63,720 nucleotides of DNA from Bacteroidales bacterium (GTDB taxonomy: Bacteria; Bacteroidota; Bacteroidia; Bacteroidales; WCHB1-69), in NCBI GenBank assembly GCA_017964755.1, contig JAGCRI010000130.1, positions 1-63,720 of the forward strand. The letters run 5' to 3'. The notes under the pieces are model-generated. The model had not been told where the DNA came from. It ran no database searches and was given only the letters and a program-made list of their open reading frames with translations. Made by a program: the position numbers and the translations under genes. Positions 49,999 to 59,154 of this stretch are shown piece by piece; positions within the stretch are counted from its first letter, which is position 1, and each line of letters begins with the position of its first letter.

Positions 49999-50781
49999 TC
50001 AAACCCCCTTGCAAATCGACTTGTAACTGCAATACTGGCAAAACTTAGCACTTGCCTCTTTAGGAATGGGCGGCTCCGTCTCCATATCAATGTATTCCTG
50101 ACACTCGTTAATAAATGCCACCAACTTTGCTCTCATTTCATCGGTAACATGAAACATAAATGATTTCATGTCCAGATTATCTCGGCAAATATAGATGAAG
50201 ATAACATCATCAATGCCAAGTGCAAGAGAATAGGCTGTTGCCTGATTATAGTGTTCTTGCGCAACTTCTTTTCTGCTCCAAAATTTATTAACGGTTTCGG
50301 TTTTAAGCTCAACGATGTAGTATTTGCCTTTATACCGTACAATGCCATCACATAGAAAGCTCATGTTTAGCCGCTCGTGATATAACTTTGTTTCCATTCC
50401 CTGATTAGAAACAATCTGAATTTCCGTTAAATTTCTATCACGAACATATTCACCTACATCAATGTATTCACACTGCATCCCGGAATCCTTCATTTGCGAA
50501 ATAGCTGTTTGGATTCGTTCGTGAATATCAGAACCCGCATTGCAAATGCCAACCCCAATGTAGCTTGAATTTTCTTTATCTGGTTCCGCGCCGATAACTT
50601 GATAATACATTGAACGCATGCACTTCATTCCAGATGGTTTAAAAGTCTTACTCGGTAAACGCCTGTTTTCTTCATCTTGAATCTCAATTGATCTTTTCAA
50701 ATCCGAAAGGAATTCTTGCTCAACCGGCTGCTCCTGCTTATCAAGCAATCTACAAACATTTTTTAAACTACTTCTCGCCAC
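49999..50781 (-). CDS. Cas4/RecB-like PD-(D/E)XK exonuclease with a 4-Cys cluster
   Basis: GTG 50781 lies 6 nt after GGGAGGG. YYIVELKT provides the ExK motif. There is an N-terminal Cys (MKCMRS) and a C-terminal CQYCSYKSIC. Confidence 0.6.
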   Translation of the reverse strand: MARSSLKNVCRLLDKQEQPVEQEFLSDLKRSIEIQDEENRRLPSKTFKPSGMKCMRSMYYQVIGAEPDKENSSYIGVGICNAGSDIHERIQTAISQMKDSGMQCEYIDVGEYVRDRNLTEIQIVSNQGMETKLYHERLNMSFLCDGIVRYKGKYYIVELKTETVNKFWSRKEVAQEHYNQATAYSLALGIDDVIFIYICRDNLDMKSFMFHVTDEMRAKLVAFINECQEYIDMETEPPIPKEASAKFCQYCSYKSICKGV

Positions 50782-50992
50782 CGGATTCCCTCCCAACCAA
50801 ATAATCAATCGAAACATTGAAAAAATCTGCTATATCACAAACAGTGCTGATATAGGGGCAGCCCTTTCCGTGTAAAATGTTGTAAACGGTATTTGGATGT
50901 AGTCCACACTTTTCCGAAAACTCTTTAATAGTCCAAAAACCGTTTTCTAACAACCTTGAAAATCGTTCCTTAAATAAGTCTGGACTGTACAT
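50768..50992 (-). CDS. XRE-family HTH transcriptional regulator
   Basis: IKEFSEKCGLHPNTVYNILHGKGCPYISTVCDIADFFNVSIDYLVGRE. Confidence 0.65.
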   Translation of the reverse strand: MYSPDLFKERFSRLLENGFWTIKEFSEKCGLHPNTVYNILHGKGCPYISTVCDIADFFNVSIDYLVGRESGGEK

Positions 50993-51134
50993 TTTCTTTC
51001 ACCGAAATCTTGCCAAAAAGAACTGCTCTGCAATAGCCAGATACCGTCAATCGCGCATCTTTTGCTGCCTGCTTTAACTGCTTTCGTTCTTCTTCATTAA
51101 CTGTAATTGTAACTGTGCTTTCTCGTTTATCCAT
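50970..51134 (-). CDS. Ribbon-helix-helix (CopG/MobC-like) small protein
   Basis: ATG 51134 lies 6 nt after GGAGGT. VTITVNEEERKQLKQAAKDARLTVSGYCRAVLFG. Confidence 0.45.
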   Translation of the reverse strand: MDKRESTVTITVNEEERKQLKQAAKDARLTVSGYCRAVLFGKISVKENVQSRLI

Positions 51135-51161
51135 ATACATACCTCCAAAATACAATAATTT

Positions 51162-51191
51162 GCGCCTTGCCTTGTCGACAAGGCGCTTTTT
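51162..51191. terminator. 8-bp GC hairpin whose T-run lies on the plus strand
   Basis: GCGCCTTG (51162-51169) pairs with CAAGGCGC (51179-51186), followed by TTTTTG on the plus strand. On the minus strand only an AU-rich tract follows. Confidence 0.4.
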
Positions 51192-51193
51192 GA

Positions 51194-52252
51194 TTATTTA
51201 TCCAGCAAACATAATACCTGCGTAATTCTTTCGTTTTTAATCTTAATGCTGTTTTCTTTTCCGTACCAGATTTCTAATACATCAGTGTCATTTGCTTTAA
51301 TCTGCGAAAGCAACATTTCTGAATCAATTAAGCACTTGAACTTTTCATCGCCCTGTTCAAGTTCAACAGTCTCCGTTGCGCTGCTTTCTTTGTTGGCGAT
51401 AGTTAAATATTCCTCGTCAAAAGTTAATTCAACTGCATTATTGTCATACAACCCAACAAACAGCGAAACTCTTTCAATGGCTGAAATCAGTTTATTTTTC
51501 TGCACTTTGCAGTGATAATCAAACTCACTATCAACGAGGCTGTTAATGGCATTATAGGCGTAATCTTCGATACCGTTTGCCTTTGTTGTATAGACCGAGC
51601 AATTATCGGTCTCAAAAACAATTTCATTGTCGCTTTCTGCATAGATAATGTCGCTGTCCATAATATCAAGCAAACTCATTGTTTCCGCTGAAATAAGTGC
51701 AGGATCATCCATGAACTTATCATCCAACGCTGCAATCTTATAAGTATCCGTTGCCATAATTTTATCTCCTGTATAATAATTTGTATAACAAGGAGATTCG
51801 AGAGTAACTGCCAAAGCGGGTTTACAAATTCGCAAAATATTTTTCACTGTTGAAAGTTTAATTTCTCCACGCTTTGCTTCACTTGAAATCTGCTTGAACG
51901 GAAACTGAACTGGCTTTTCATTCTCATCAACTGGAATCTCAATTGAATAAGAACCGTTATTTGTAACGACTTTCAACTCTTTTTCGAGCAAATCCAACTT
52001 CACAAACTCACAATTTAATCTCGAAATGAGCTTGGCAAACTTTTCAACACCAATCACGATTTCAAAGTCCTGCTCATCCTCAATTTCTTCGCGAATGTAC
52101 AGATAATTGTTCATGTCAGTCGTAGTTAATGTCAGCAGACCGTCTTCATTTCTGATTTCAATCATACTTGTCAATGGAAGCAATCTATTAAGACTTGCCC
52201 CTTTAACTGCTTTTGCAACCATTTCCTGCAATAATGCTGTTCTGATTTTCAT
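51194..52252 (-). CDS. dnaN: DnaN-like (beta) sliding clamp
   Basis: 352 aa. ..LLPLTSMIEIRNEDGLLTLTTTDMNNYL.. and ..IMATDTYKIA.. parallel the beta-clamp segments P.L..L.....G.L.LT.TD.E and ..TDGHRLA. Confidence 0.65.
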   Translation of the reverse strand: MKIRTALLQEMVAKAVKGASLNRLLPLTSMIEIRNEDGLLTLTTTDMNNYLYIREEIEDEQDFEIVIGVEKFAKLISRLNCEFVKLDLLEKELKVVTNNGSYSIEIPVDENEKPVQFPFKQISSEAKRGEIKLSTVKNILRICKPALAVTLESPCYTNYYTGDKIMATDTYKIAALDDKFMDDPALISAETMSLLDIMDSDIIYAESDNEIVFETDNCSVYTTKANGIEDYAYNAINSLVDSEFDYHCKVQKNKLISAIERVSLFVGLYDNNAVELTFDEEYLTIANKESSATETVELEQGDEKFKCLIDSEMLLSQIKANDTDVLEIWYGKENSIKIKNERITQVLCLLDK

Positions 52253-52417
52253 TTAATCAATTCCTTTCTTTCCTAAAATATACCGCCAGTTCATTGAAAA
52301 CATACTTGCTTTTTCTTGCGTTCTTGGATTCATTCGTTTCTTGTTTAATCTTTTGTAGCCGTGTTTCTGCATTTCATTTCTTGCGATTTGTCTTTTCATT
52401 TTTCGCTTGAATGACAT
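52253..52417 (-). CDS. 54-aa highly basic protein (hand-called)
   Basis: RBS AGGAGG. Translation begins MSFKRKMKRQIARNEMQKHGYKRLNKKRMNPRTQEKA... The stop is directly adjacent to the clamp ATG. Confidence 0.45.
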   Translation of the reverse strand: MSFKRKMKRQIARNEMQKHGYKRLNKKRMNPRTQEKASMFSMNWRYILGKKGID

Positions 52418-52438
52418 TCAAATTCCTCCTTCGATATT

Positions 52439-52466
52439 ATTATAATGATTTTTCAAAAATTTTCAA
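52439..52466 (-). promoter_or_regulatory. Sigma-A-type promoter (family member)
   Basis: The reverse complement reads TTGAAA-16 nt-TATAAT. Confidence 0.55.
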
Positions 52467-52480
52467 TAGTTTTTTGAAAA

Positions 52481-52762
52481 CTATTCATAAATAATTTTAT
52501 AACCATTAGCAACTGCATAGGCGTGTTCTAATCTTGCGCCAATGCTTGTTTCCCATCCTTTGAGCATATAAATTGTATCACACAAAGAAAGCAAACAAAG
52601 AGATACTTTCATATAATCATTGTATTCACAACATTTTGGCAATCTCTCATTTATAGCCGCGGGGTTTATAACAGAAAACCTTTTATTCAATGATCTCTCT
52701 GCATCTTCAAACCGCTTTATATAATCTGTTGTTCCGGTTATTTTGCCACTAATGTAAATCAT
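52481..52762 (-). CDS. DUF4406 (nucleoside 2-deoxyribosyltransferase-like) protein
   Basis: MIYISGKITG..F..AE..L......VINPA....CDTIYMLKGWETSIGARLEHAYA fits the DUF4406 pattern. Confidence 0.55.
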   Translation of the reverse strand: MIYISGKITGTTDYIKRFEDAERSLNKRFSVINPAAINERLPKCCEYNDYMKVSLCLLSLCDTIYMLKGWETSIGARLEHAYAVANGYKIIYE

Positions 52763-53646
52763 TAAAACAGACTCGCTTTCTTTGGCATGTTTTCAATCCC
52801 TTTGCAATTTGCAACAGCTTGATTATAATAACTTTCTTTCAACTCAATTCCTACGCCGCGCCTACCCATTTTCAATGCTTGATAGACTTCACTACCAATA
52901 CCGAGAAACGGCGTGAAAACAATATCAGTTTCATTTGTCCACAATTCAATACACCTTTCAACAACATCCAACTGCAATGGGCAAATGTGCTTTTCATCCG
53001 CTTGCTCTCTGGCACTTTCTTTTTGCAGCGTATTTGATTGATTTATATCCATCCAAACAGGACTTGCATAGTTTTGCCATTTACTAACAGGAAAGCTCTC
53101 GTTTGTGTGTTCAATTCTTTCAGGATTTTCACCCGGCTTTCTCATTGTAATAACATAATCTGCAATTCCCTGTCTGCACATTGCACTATCTTTTTTGATC
53201 TGTTTATGAAGCAATCCAAGAGCCTTTGTACGCTGCATAGCAATAACAGGATCTTTCCATATTGTTACACGCGAATGATAAATAAAACCACCGTCAATAA
53301 ACATCTGAATCAACTGACCAGGAAAATCTTGCAAACCAATAAAGCCGTCTCGCTGTTTTTGTGTCGGCAAATCCATGCGATGAAAAGAAACAAGTCTTCC
53401 GGGAATCATAATACGATAAAGCTCTTTAATAATAAATTCAAACTGTTCATAAAATTCAGTTGTGCTCCTACAATTCCCCAAATCTCTAACAGAATTTGAA
53501 TAAACATAAAGCTGCGCGAATGGCGGAGAAAAAATAGAATAATGAATACTGCTATCAGGAATTGCTTTCATTACTTCGCAACTATCTCCATTATACAAAA
53601 TAAATCCATTTCCTTCATATTGATTTTTACATTTTACATCTAAACT
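52762..53646 (-). CDS. DNA methyltransferase, beta-class motif order (SPPF before FxGxG), N6-A or N4-C type
   Basis: GTG 53646 lies 7 nt after AAAGGAG. Motif IV is FSPPFAQLY and motif I is FTPFLGIGSEV. The C-terminus is ..PKKASLF. Confidence 0.7.
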   Translation of the reverse strand, partial: SLDVKCKNQYEGNGFILYNGDSCEVMKAIPDSSIHYSIFSPPFAQLYVYSNSVRDLGNCRSTTEFYEQFEFIIKELYRIMIPGRLVSFHRMDLPTQKQRDGFIGLQDFPGQLIQMFIDGGFIYHSRVTIWKDPVIAMQRTKALGLLHKQIKKDSAMCRQGIADYVITMRKPGENPERIEHTNESFPVSKWQNYASPVWMDINQSNTLQKESAREQADEKHICPLQLDVVERCIELWTNETDIVFTPFLGIGSEVYQALKMGRRGVGIELKESYYNQAVANCKGIENMPKKASLF

Positions 53647-53651
53647 CACAA

Positions 53652-55031
53652 TTATTCTCCTTTCTCTGAATGCAACCAAACTGGAAGTTTAACTAATGTG
53701 TCTGCAAAATAATCCTCTGTAATTCGCATTGTGCTGTGTATTTCATTTTTGAGAATTTCACTTGTTCTATCAATCATTTCCTGTGACATCTTATCGTGCT
53801 GCGCCTGCTTCTTTTTGATATTATTCAAAACGGACAACTCACGTTGCGAAATAATAACATACACACTCACTTCGTTTTCTTGACCAAACCTATAACACCG
53901 CCTGACAGCTTGATAAAACTTTTCATAGCTATCGGAAATTCCGCAGAAAATCATGTTATGGCATTTCTGAAAATTCATACCGAACCCACAAATAGACGGT
54001 TTACTAACAAGAAACTTTATATCACCGTTTGCAAATCCAATCATGCTATCTTCTTTGTGTTGATCTGAATCACTGCCGCGAACTTCTACAATTCCACATT
54101 GATTTTTTACAAGCTCAGATTCATCATTATAATCAACCCAAATCAAACAACTGTCCATATTTTTAATAAGCTGTTTTACAACATCAACGCGATCTTGCAT
54201 AGAGTCTTTTCTTGCCTGTCTGCGTTCTGACAAATCCTTTGCAACAGATGGAATTAACTCACCCGTCCGCGCTTCGCTTGCAACAATAATATGCTCGATG
54301 TTAAGTTTAGGCAAATTATATCTATCATCGAAATAACCAATGTCTGCTGGATTTTTAACAACCATAGCCCATGTTGCAAGCCATTCCCAAAATTTGCATT
54401 CAGCGTGTCGTTTCATTCTCCATTGACTTTCTTTTGCATCATTTATAAAAAATGTTGCAAGCATTTCTGTTCGAGACATAACATTCAAAAACTCACTGTG
54501 ATTTCCAAATTCAGTATAATCATTTGGAGAAGGCGTTGCAGTACACGCCAACTTATACTTTGTAAACCGAAAAATCTCAATAATATCATTTGACATTTTT
54601 CCAAGAGTTGCTTTCAAAATACTGCTTTCATCAAGCACAACACAAACAAACTCATTCGGATTAAAGTGCTGCAACATTTCATAATTTGTAATATTAATTC
54701 CAGCTTTTACATCTTTTTGAGTGCGACAAATATTGACCTCGATTCCGAATTTCTCGCCCTCTTGCTTTGTCTGCTTTGAAACCGCCAACGGTGCAAGAAT
54801 CAATGCTTTTCCATTTTCTCGTTTGCAAACTTGATTCGCAAATTCAAGCTGGCAAATCGTTTTACCAAGTCCTGTATCGAGAAACAAAGCACATCTTCCT
54901 TTTTTCAAAGCCCACTTTACAATAGCGCGTTGAAAAGGAAAAAGATTTTCATTTAACTCGGATTCTTCAATATCAAAACCAGTATTTTCATATTTATACT
55001 CTTTCGATTTCAAAAACTCTATATATTCCAT
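53652..55031 (-). CDS. SF2 DEAD/DEAH-SNF2-like helicase located between the two methyltransferases
   Basis: Motif I LDTGLGKT, motif II VLDESS, and later TATPSPND. Confidence 0.7.
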   Translation of the reverse strand: MEYIEFLKSKEYKYENTGFDIEESELNENLFPFQRAIVKWALKKGRCALFLDTGLGKTICQLEFANQVCKRENGKALILAPLAVSKQTKQEGEKFGIEVNICRTQKDVKAGINITNYEMLQHFNPNEFVCVVLDESSILKATLGKMSNDIIEIFRFTKYKLACTATPSPNDYTEFGNHSEFLNVMSRTEMLATFFINDAKESQWRMKRHAECKFWEWLATWAMVVKNPADIGYFDDRYNLPKLNIEHIIVASEARTGELIPSVAKDLSERRQARKDSMQDRVDVVKQLIKNMDSCLIWVDYNDESELVKNQCGIVEVRGSDSDQHKEDSMIGFANGDIKFLVSKPSICGFGMNFQKCHNMIFCGISDSYEKFYQAVRRCYRFGQENEVSVYVIISQRELSVLNNIKKKQAQHDKMSQEMIDRTSEILKNEIHSTMRITEDYFADTLVKLPVWLHSEKGE

Positions 55032-55044
55032 AAGATTTAATTCC

Positions 55045-55959
55045 TTAAAACAAAGAAGTCTTTTTTATAATTTTTTGTTCTTTTGACACACAATAAAACT
55101 TTTCTTTGCCTTCGCCATTTCCGGACAAATAATCCTTTATTCTACTGCAATATAAATCATTGCTTTTGGAAATTTCAAAAAGCCTATCGGAAAGTGGATA
55201 TTTTCGATCTCCAACATTCAGAATAAAAACACCACCATCATCCAAACGGTCAACAGTTTTCAAAATAAGCGGTGTATAAAAACCATCAACCCAAGAGTCA
55301 AAAGTTTTATATCTATTCAAACTGTTCGTTTCTTCATCGGAATAATGCTCAGTGTTATAATATGGCGGCGATGTCAGCGCAATGTCAAATTTTCTTTCAC
55401 TTGTAAATTCTTCATACGGAATTTTATGAATGCAAAAATCAAACGTCGGTTGCAACTGCTTTAGCCACGCACCAAGATTCAAAAGTCCTTCATACGTCTT
55501 TGTATTCGGTTCACACGCTTCATAATAAGTATTCGGAATACTTGCCGCTCCAATCATTCTACCGCCCCAGCCAGCGCACGGATCAAGGATTTTCAAAAAT
55601 GGCTTATTTCCATATTGTATATATATATCACGAGCAACTGCGGGAGGAAACTCATTTACATATTGAACATTTTGAAATCCACGTTGGATTGTATTATAAA
55701 ATGAATTTGCAACCTTATGCTCCATATTATATAAATATAAACGCGCCAACCCATCAATTTTATTATCATCTTGCAGTGATTCATAAATTGACAAATCATC
55801 CTTTTCTGTGTCTGTTGAAAGCCTGTGCGGATTAAATAACAAAGAAATAGTTTTACCGGCATTTACTCCGTGACATAATTTATAAAATTCTTCAATAGCT
55901 TGCGTTTTGGTTATAAACTCTGCTGCAAATTCTTCAAGACTTAGTTGCCGCAAGTTCAT
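55045..55959 (-). CDS. DNA methyltransferase, gamma-like motif order (DPCAGWGG before SPPY)
   Basis: ATG 55959 follows GAGAGGG. Motif I is ILDPCAGWGGRMIGA and motif IV is LTSPPYYN. The C-terminus is ..IIKKTSLF. Confidence 0.65.
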   Translation of the reverse strand: MNLRQLSLEEFAAEFITKTQAIEEFYKLCHGVNAGKTISLLFNPHRLSTDTEKDDLSIYESLQDDNKIDGLARLYLYNMEHKVANSFYNTIQRGFQNVQYVNEFPPAVARDIYIQYGNKPFLKILDPCAGWGGRMIGAASIPNTYYEACEPNTKTYEGLLNLGAWLKQLQPTFDFCIHKIPYEEFTSERKFDIALTSPPYYNTEHYSDEETNSLNRYKTFDSWVDGFYTPLILKTVDRLDDGGVFILNVGDRKYPLSDRLFEISKSNDLYCSRIKDYLSGNGEGKEKFYCVSKEQKIIKKTSLF

Positions 55960-58294
55960 TTTCAAACCCTCTCGCAGTGTTTCTCTCTGCAACTTTCTTT
56001 GCACTCCCTTCTAATGGTTCTCCGTACCAAGCGTGTGTCAATTCCACGTCACACTTGATTGGCATTTCAAGGATTTTCTCAGCAGCTTTCGCCATAACCT
56101 TTTCCAAAAGTTCTGAACACTCTTTCATGTTTTCTTCTGGACATTCGGCTATAACTTCATCATGTACCTGCACAAGAAGCCTGAAACCAAGCTCTTTTAG
56201 CCGCTGATTTTTTCCTAAATCGACCATCGCCAGCTTTGTCAAATCTGCTGCGCTACCTTGAATTCTCGCGTTGACACACTGCCTTGTAGCATCTGCTATT
56301 TTTGCTCCGTTATCAACGATCCAGATTCCTTCTTTATTTGCTTCCTCAAAGACTTTTCGCTTTTCCCCGAATCTGCAATATCTCAATTTCCGCAGATATT
56401 TGTTGATTGTAGATTGAGGTATTTCGGCATTTTCGTCCTCCTCAAAATCTAAAACATCTGCACTATGAGGAACGCCGTCTTTCCACCTAAATTCAAATTC
56501 GTCTAACTGCATTTCAGGCAAGCGTCTTTTTCTTCCGCAAACGGTTGTAACATAACCCTCAACCCATGCCATTCCCATGCTTTCCCGCTCAAACTCTTCA
56601 ATAGCAGGAAATGCTTTAAACACGCTGTTCTTGATTGCTTGTGCCTTATCTGTGGAACATCTTAACTGCTCTGCAATACTTGCAACTCCTCGCCCATAGA
56701 GCACGCCGAGCAATATACTCTTTGCTTGCGTTCTTCTTTCCTTGCCAGCTTTATTCGTTGTTCCATCTGGATTAAATTCCAAGCAATCTTCATAAGCAAC
56801 ATTAAAAGCCTTTGAAGCAATCTCGGAATACAAATCTTTTCCCGCCATAAATGTATCATACATTTGCGAATCGCCGTTCTTTTTACACAAGGCCGCTAAA
56901 CATTTTGGCTCTTGCTGACTAAAGTCGCTTGACATAAGCACATATCCCGGACTTGCAATAAACATCTTTCTAATATCTTTGTTATGACTTGGAATGTTTT
57001 GTAGATTCGGGTCGCTGCTGGAAAATCTACCTGTATCGGCTCCATATTGATTAAACGAGCAGTGAATTCTTCCGTCTTTCGGATTAGCACATTTAGGCAG
57101 CTTATCAATATAAGTTGATACCAGCTTTGCCATTTCCCTATAATCAAGAATTGCTTGTGCTACTGGACTTTCCATCTTCTGTAAAATAGCTTCGCCTGTT
57201 CCTCTTGGACTTCTTGGATCCGGCGGTTCAATCTTCAAAATGTCGTATAACAGGATTGCAACTTGCGTTGGACTGCCCATATTGATTGGGTCATCTAACT
57301 TATGATTCGGATGAGTATCTTTATACTGCTGTATCACACTGTTATAACGTGAAATTTCACTGTAAAACGCTTTTGTCTTTTCTTCAAGTAAACTATTATA
57401 CTTTTCCGAAAGTTTGTTAGAATAGTCAAAATCAAGTGCAATACCGTTATCTTCCATATCCGCCACAACTGGCAAACACGGCATTTCAATATTATAAAAT
57501 ACCCAAGAAACACCTTGCAAACTGCCTACGCAATCTGGACTGTTTGGGTCAAGAAACTGCCGTTGATAATCACAAAGCTCACAAGTGATTTCAGGGTCGT
57601 GCGCCGCATAAAGATAGCCAACATTGATTGGAATCATTGTAAATGGGATTCCTTTGAATAACTCGTCAAACTTAAAAGCATCACCCTGTCCGTCTAAACA
57701 GTATTTATTATGTAGTGCTTTCAAACCTTTTTGCGTCTCATTTTCATTTAGCAACCTGCTTGCTAAATATCCATCCCATGAACAATAAATATCCGTCAAG
57801 CCAAGCTGATTTCGTAGAAAGCGGATATCAAACTTCGCGTTGAACATATCTATCGTCGGTTTTGCGGCAAGTAGTCGTTCAAACGCTTCTCGACAATCTT
57901 CCATTGGCAACTGCCCATCAACTTTTTCATTCGTGATGTAGCTAATGTGATTCAATGGAATATACGCCGCTTTCTGACCTCTTGTATAAATACAAATACC
58001 AGCAAGCACATTCTGCATTGGGTCAAGCCCATCTGTTTCTGTATCGATTGCAATGTATTTATTTTCAACACAAGAATCAATATAGCTGTTTAACGTCTGT
58101 AAATCTTGAATAATAATGTATCTATCTTTGTACTGTCCAAGACTTCTTTCAACCATTTCTCGGATAGCTGAAATCTTATCCACAAGACTTTTGTTTCCGC
58201 GCACCGTTACAGCCGTTTTTTTCGGCTTTTCCCGCGCTTTCTGCGTTATCAATAAATCGTTATTAGTTCTTGTAGGAACTTCAAATAATGGCAT
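55934..58294 (-). CDS. polA: Family A DNA polymerase (PolA-type) with a 3'-5' exonuclease domain
   Basis: Exo I IAIDTETDGL, motif A SSDFSQQEPK, motif B RRTQAKSILLGVLYGRG and motif C LVQVHDEVI. Confidence 0.85.
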   Translation of the reverse strand: MPLFEVPTRTNNDLLITQKAREKPKKTAVTVRGNKSLVDKISAIREMVERSLGQYKDRYIIIQDLQTLNSYIDSCVENKYIAIDTETDGLDPMQNVLAGICIYTRGQKAAYIPLNHISYITNEKVDGQLPMEDCREAFERLLAAKPTIDMFNAKFDIRFLRNQLGLTDIYCSWDGYLASRLLNENETQKGLKALHNKYCLDGQGDAFKFDELFKGIPFTMIPINVGYLYAAHDPEITCELCDYQRQFLDPNSPDCVGSLQGVSWVFYNIEMPCLPVVADMEDNGIALDFDYSNKLSEKYNSLLEEKTKAFYSEISRYNSVIQQYKDTHPNHKLDDPINMGSPTQVAILLYDILKIEPPDPRSPRGTGEAILQKMESPVAQAILDYREMAKLVSTYIDKLPKCANPKDGRIHCSFNQYGADTGRFSSSDPNLQNIPSHNKDIRKMFIASPGYVLMSSDFSQQEPKCLAALCKKNGDSQMYDTFMAGKDLYSEIASKAFNVAYEDCLEFNPDGTTNKAGKERRTQAKSILLGVLYGRGVASIAEQLRCSTDKAQAIKNSVFKAFPAIEEFERESMGMAWVEGYVTTVCGRKRRLPEMQLDEFEFRWKDGVPHSADVLDFEEDENAEIPQSTINKYLRKLRYCRFGEKRKVFEEANKEGIWIVDNGAKIADATRQCVNARIQGSAADLTKLAMVDLGKNQRLKELGFRLLVQVHDEVIAECPEENMKECSELLEKVMAKAAEKILEMPIKCDVELTHAWYGEPLEGSAKKVAERNTARGFENELAATKS

Positions 58295-58405
58295 AATATA
58301 ACCTCATTCGCGCTATTCCCAGCCTTATTCACGCGACCCTCGAATGCCTCATTCCCAAGTTCACATAAGGTACTTTTCTTCGTCTGCCAAGGGTTTTTTA
58401 TTTAA

Positions 58406-59050
58406 TTAAAATGCACTTCTACCAGTTGCCGGAGTTCTTCTTTGCGGTTCTGCGGTTCTGCGTTTAACCTGTGCCTGTTCTTCACTTCCGAAAGAACCTG
58501 TATTTACATAATTTTCAAGCTCTTCAAAAGACTTATCAAGAACCATAGTACCAAGAACATCAGGGACTTCGGGCAAATCCTCAAGCTGAGTATCGTCAGG
58601 ACCGCCTACGGCATAAATCTGGTATGTCGTGTTGGTATCTCCCTTTGCGCCGTTTCTTTCAATTTCAAAAACCTGCGCACAAAGAGGAGTTCTTCCTGCG
58701 TATCTTCCACAAAGACTTGAAATCTGTGAAAAGAATCGTTTGCCGCGCTCCCAAAGCTGAACCTTATCCTCATCAATGTTATAAAGAGGAATAAACATCT
58801 TTGCGGTCGTGAACTTGTGATCTTTGCACAGCGGGCAGGTATCTACCGGATCGTTATAACTTCTCGGACAATTCACATACCGTGTTCTTCCGTCGATTTC
58901 AACTGCGTGAACTGAATAGCCAACAACATCATCAATTCCATTGTAAAGAAATCTAACCTGTGCAGTGTCCTTATCGTTTTTTAAACTGAAATAACCCGCT
59001 CCACCCCCGTTTCCGTACTTCTCTGCATCGTTTGCGTTGAATCTTGCCAT
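58406..59050 (-). CDS. gp32-like zinc-containing single-stranded DNA-binding protein
   Basis: TAQVRFLYNG..H.VEIDGRTRYVNCP..DTCPLC..IPLYNIDEDKVQLWERGKRFF parallels T4 gp32 AVIRFLP..H...KWYIE.C..DSCPVC.. Confidence 0.6.
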   Translation of the reverse strand: MARFNANDAEKYGNGGGAGYFSLKNDKDTAQVRFLYNGIDDVVGYSVHAVEIDGRTRYVNCPRSYNDPVDTCPLCKDHKFTTAKMFIPLYNIDEDKVQLWERGKRFFSQISSLCGRYAGRTPLCAQVFEIERNGAKGDTNTTYQIYAVGGPDDTQLEDLPEVPDVLGTMVLDKSFEELENYVNTGSFGSEEQAQVKRRTAEPQRRTPATGRSAF

Positions 59051-59125
59051 TTGTTTTCCTTCTTTCTTTAATATTTTTTGTTTTTATATGCGGGCAGGGA
59101 TTTACACCCTGCATGATTGGAGTAC

Positions 59126-59154
59126 ACTATACGATCATATACTATAATAATCAA
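59126..59154 (-). promoter_or_regulatory. Weaker candidate promoter upstream of the SSB gene
   Basis: The reverse complement reads TTGATT-17 nt-TATAGT. It is not a member of the conserved family. Confidence 0.3.

Noticed and set aside
50768-51134. The XRE HTH plus RHH pair as a CI/Cro-type lysogeny switch or a toxin-antitoxin pair
   Set aside because: Both genes are co-directional inside the replication operon. There is no divergent promoter, integrase or partner toxin-like ORF. Roles as early regulators remain possible.
58295-58405. Repeated GGGAAU(G)AGG / GAAUGAGG motifs and small hairpins between the SSB and polA genes as a polymerase translational operator or promoter (TTGGCA-17-TATGTG)
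   Set aside because: The -10 candidate lacks the invariant final T. The repeats are short and could be chance. The evidence is too weak to call.
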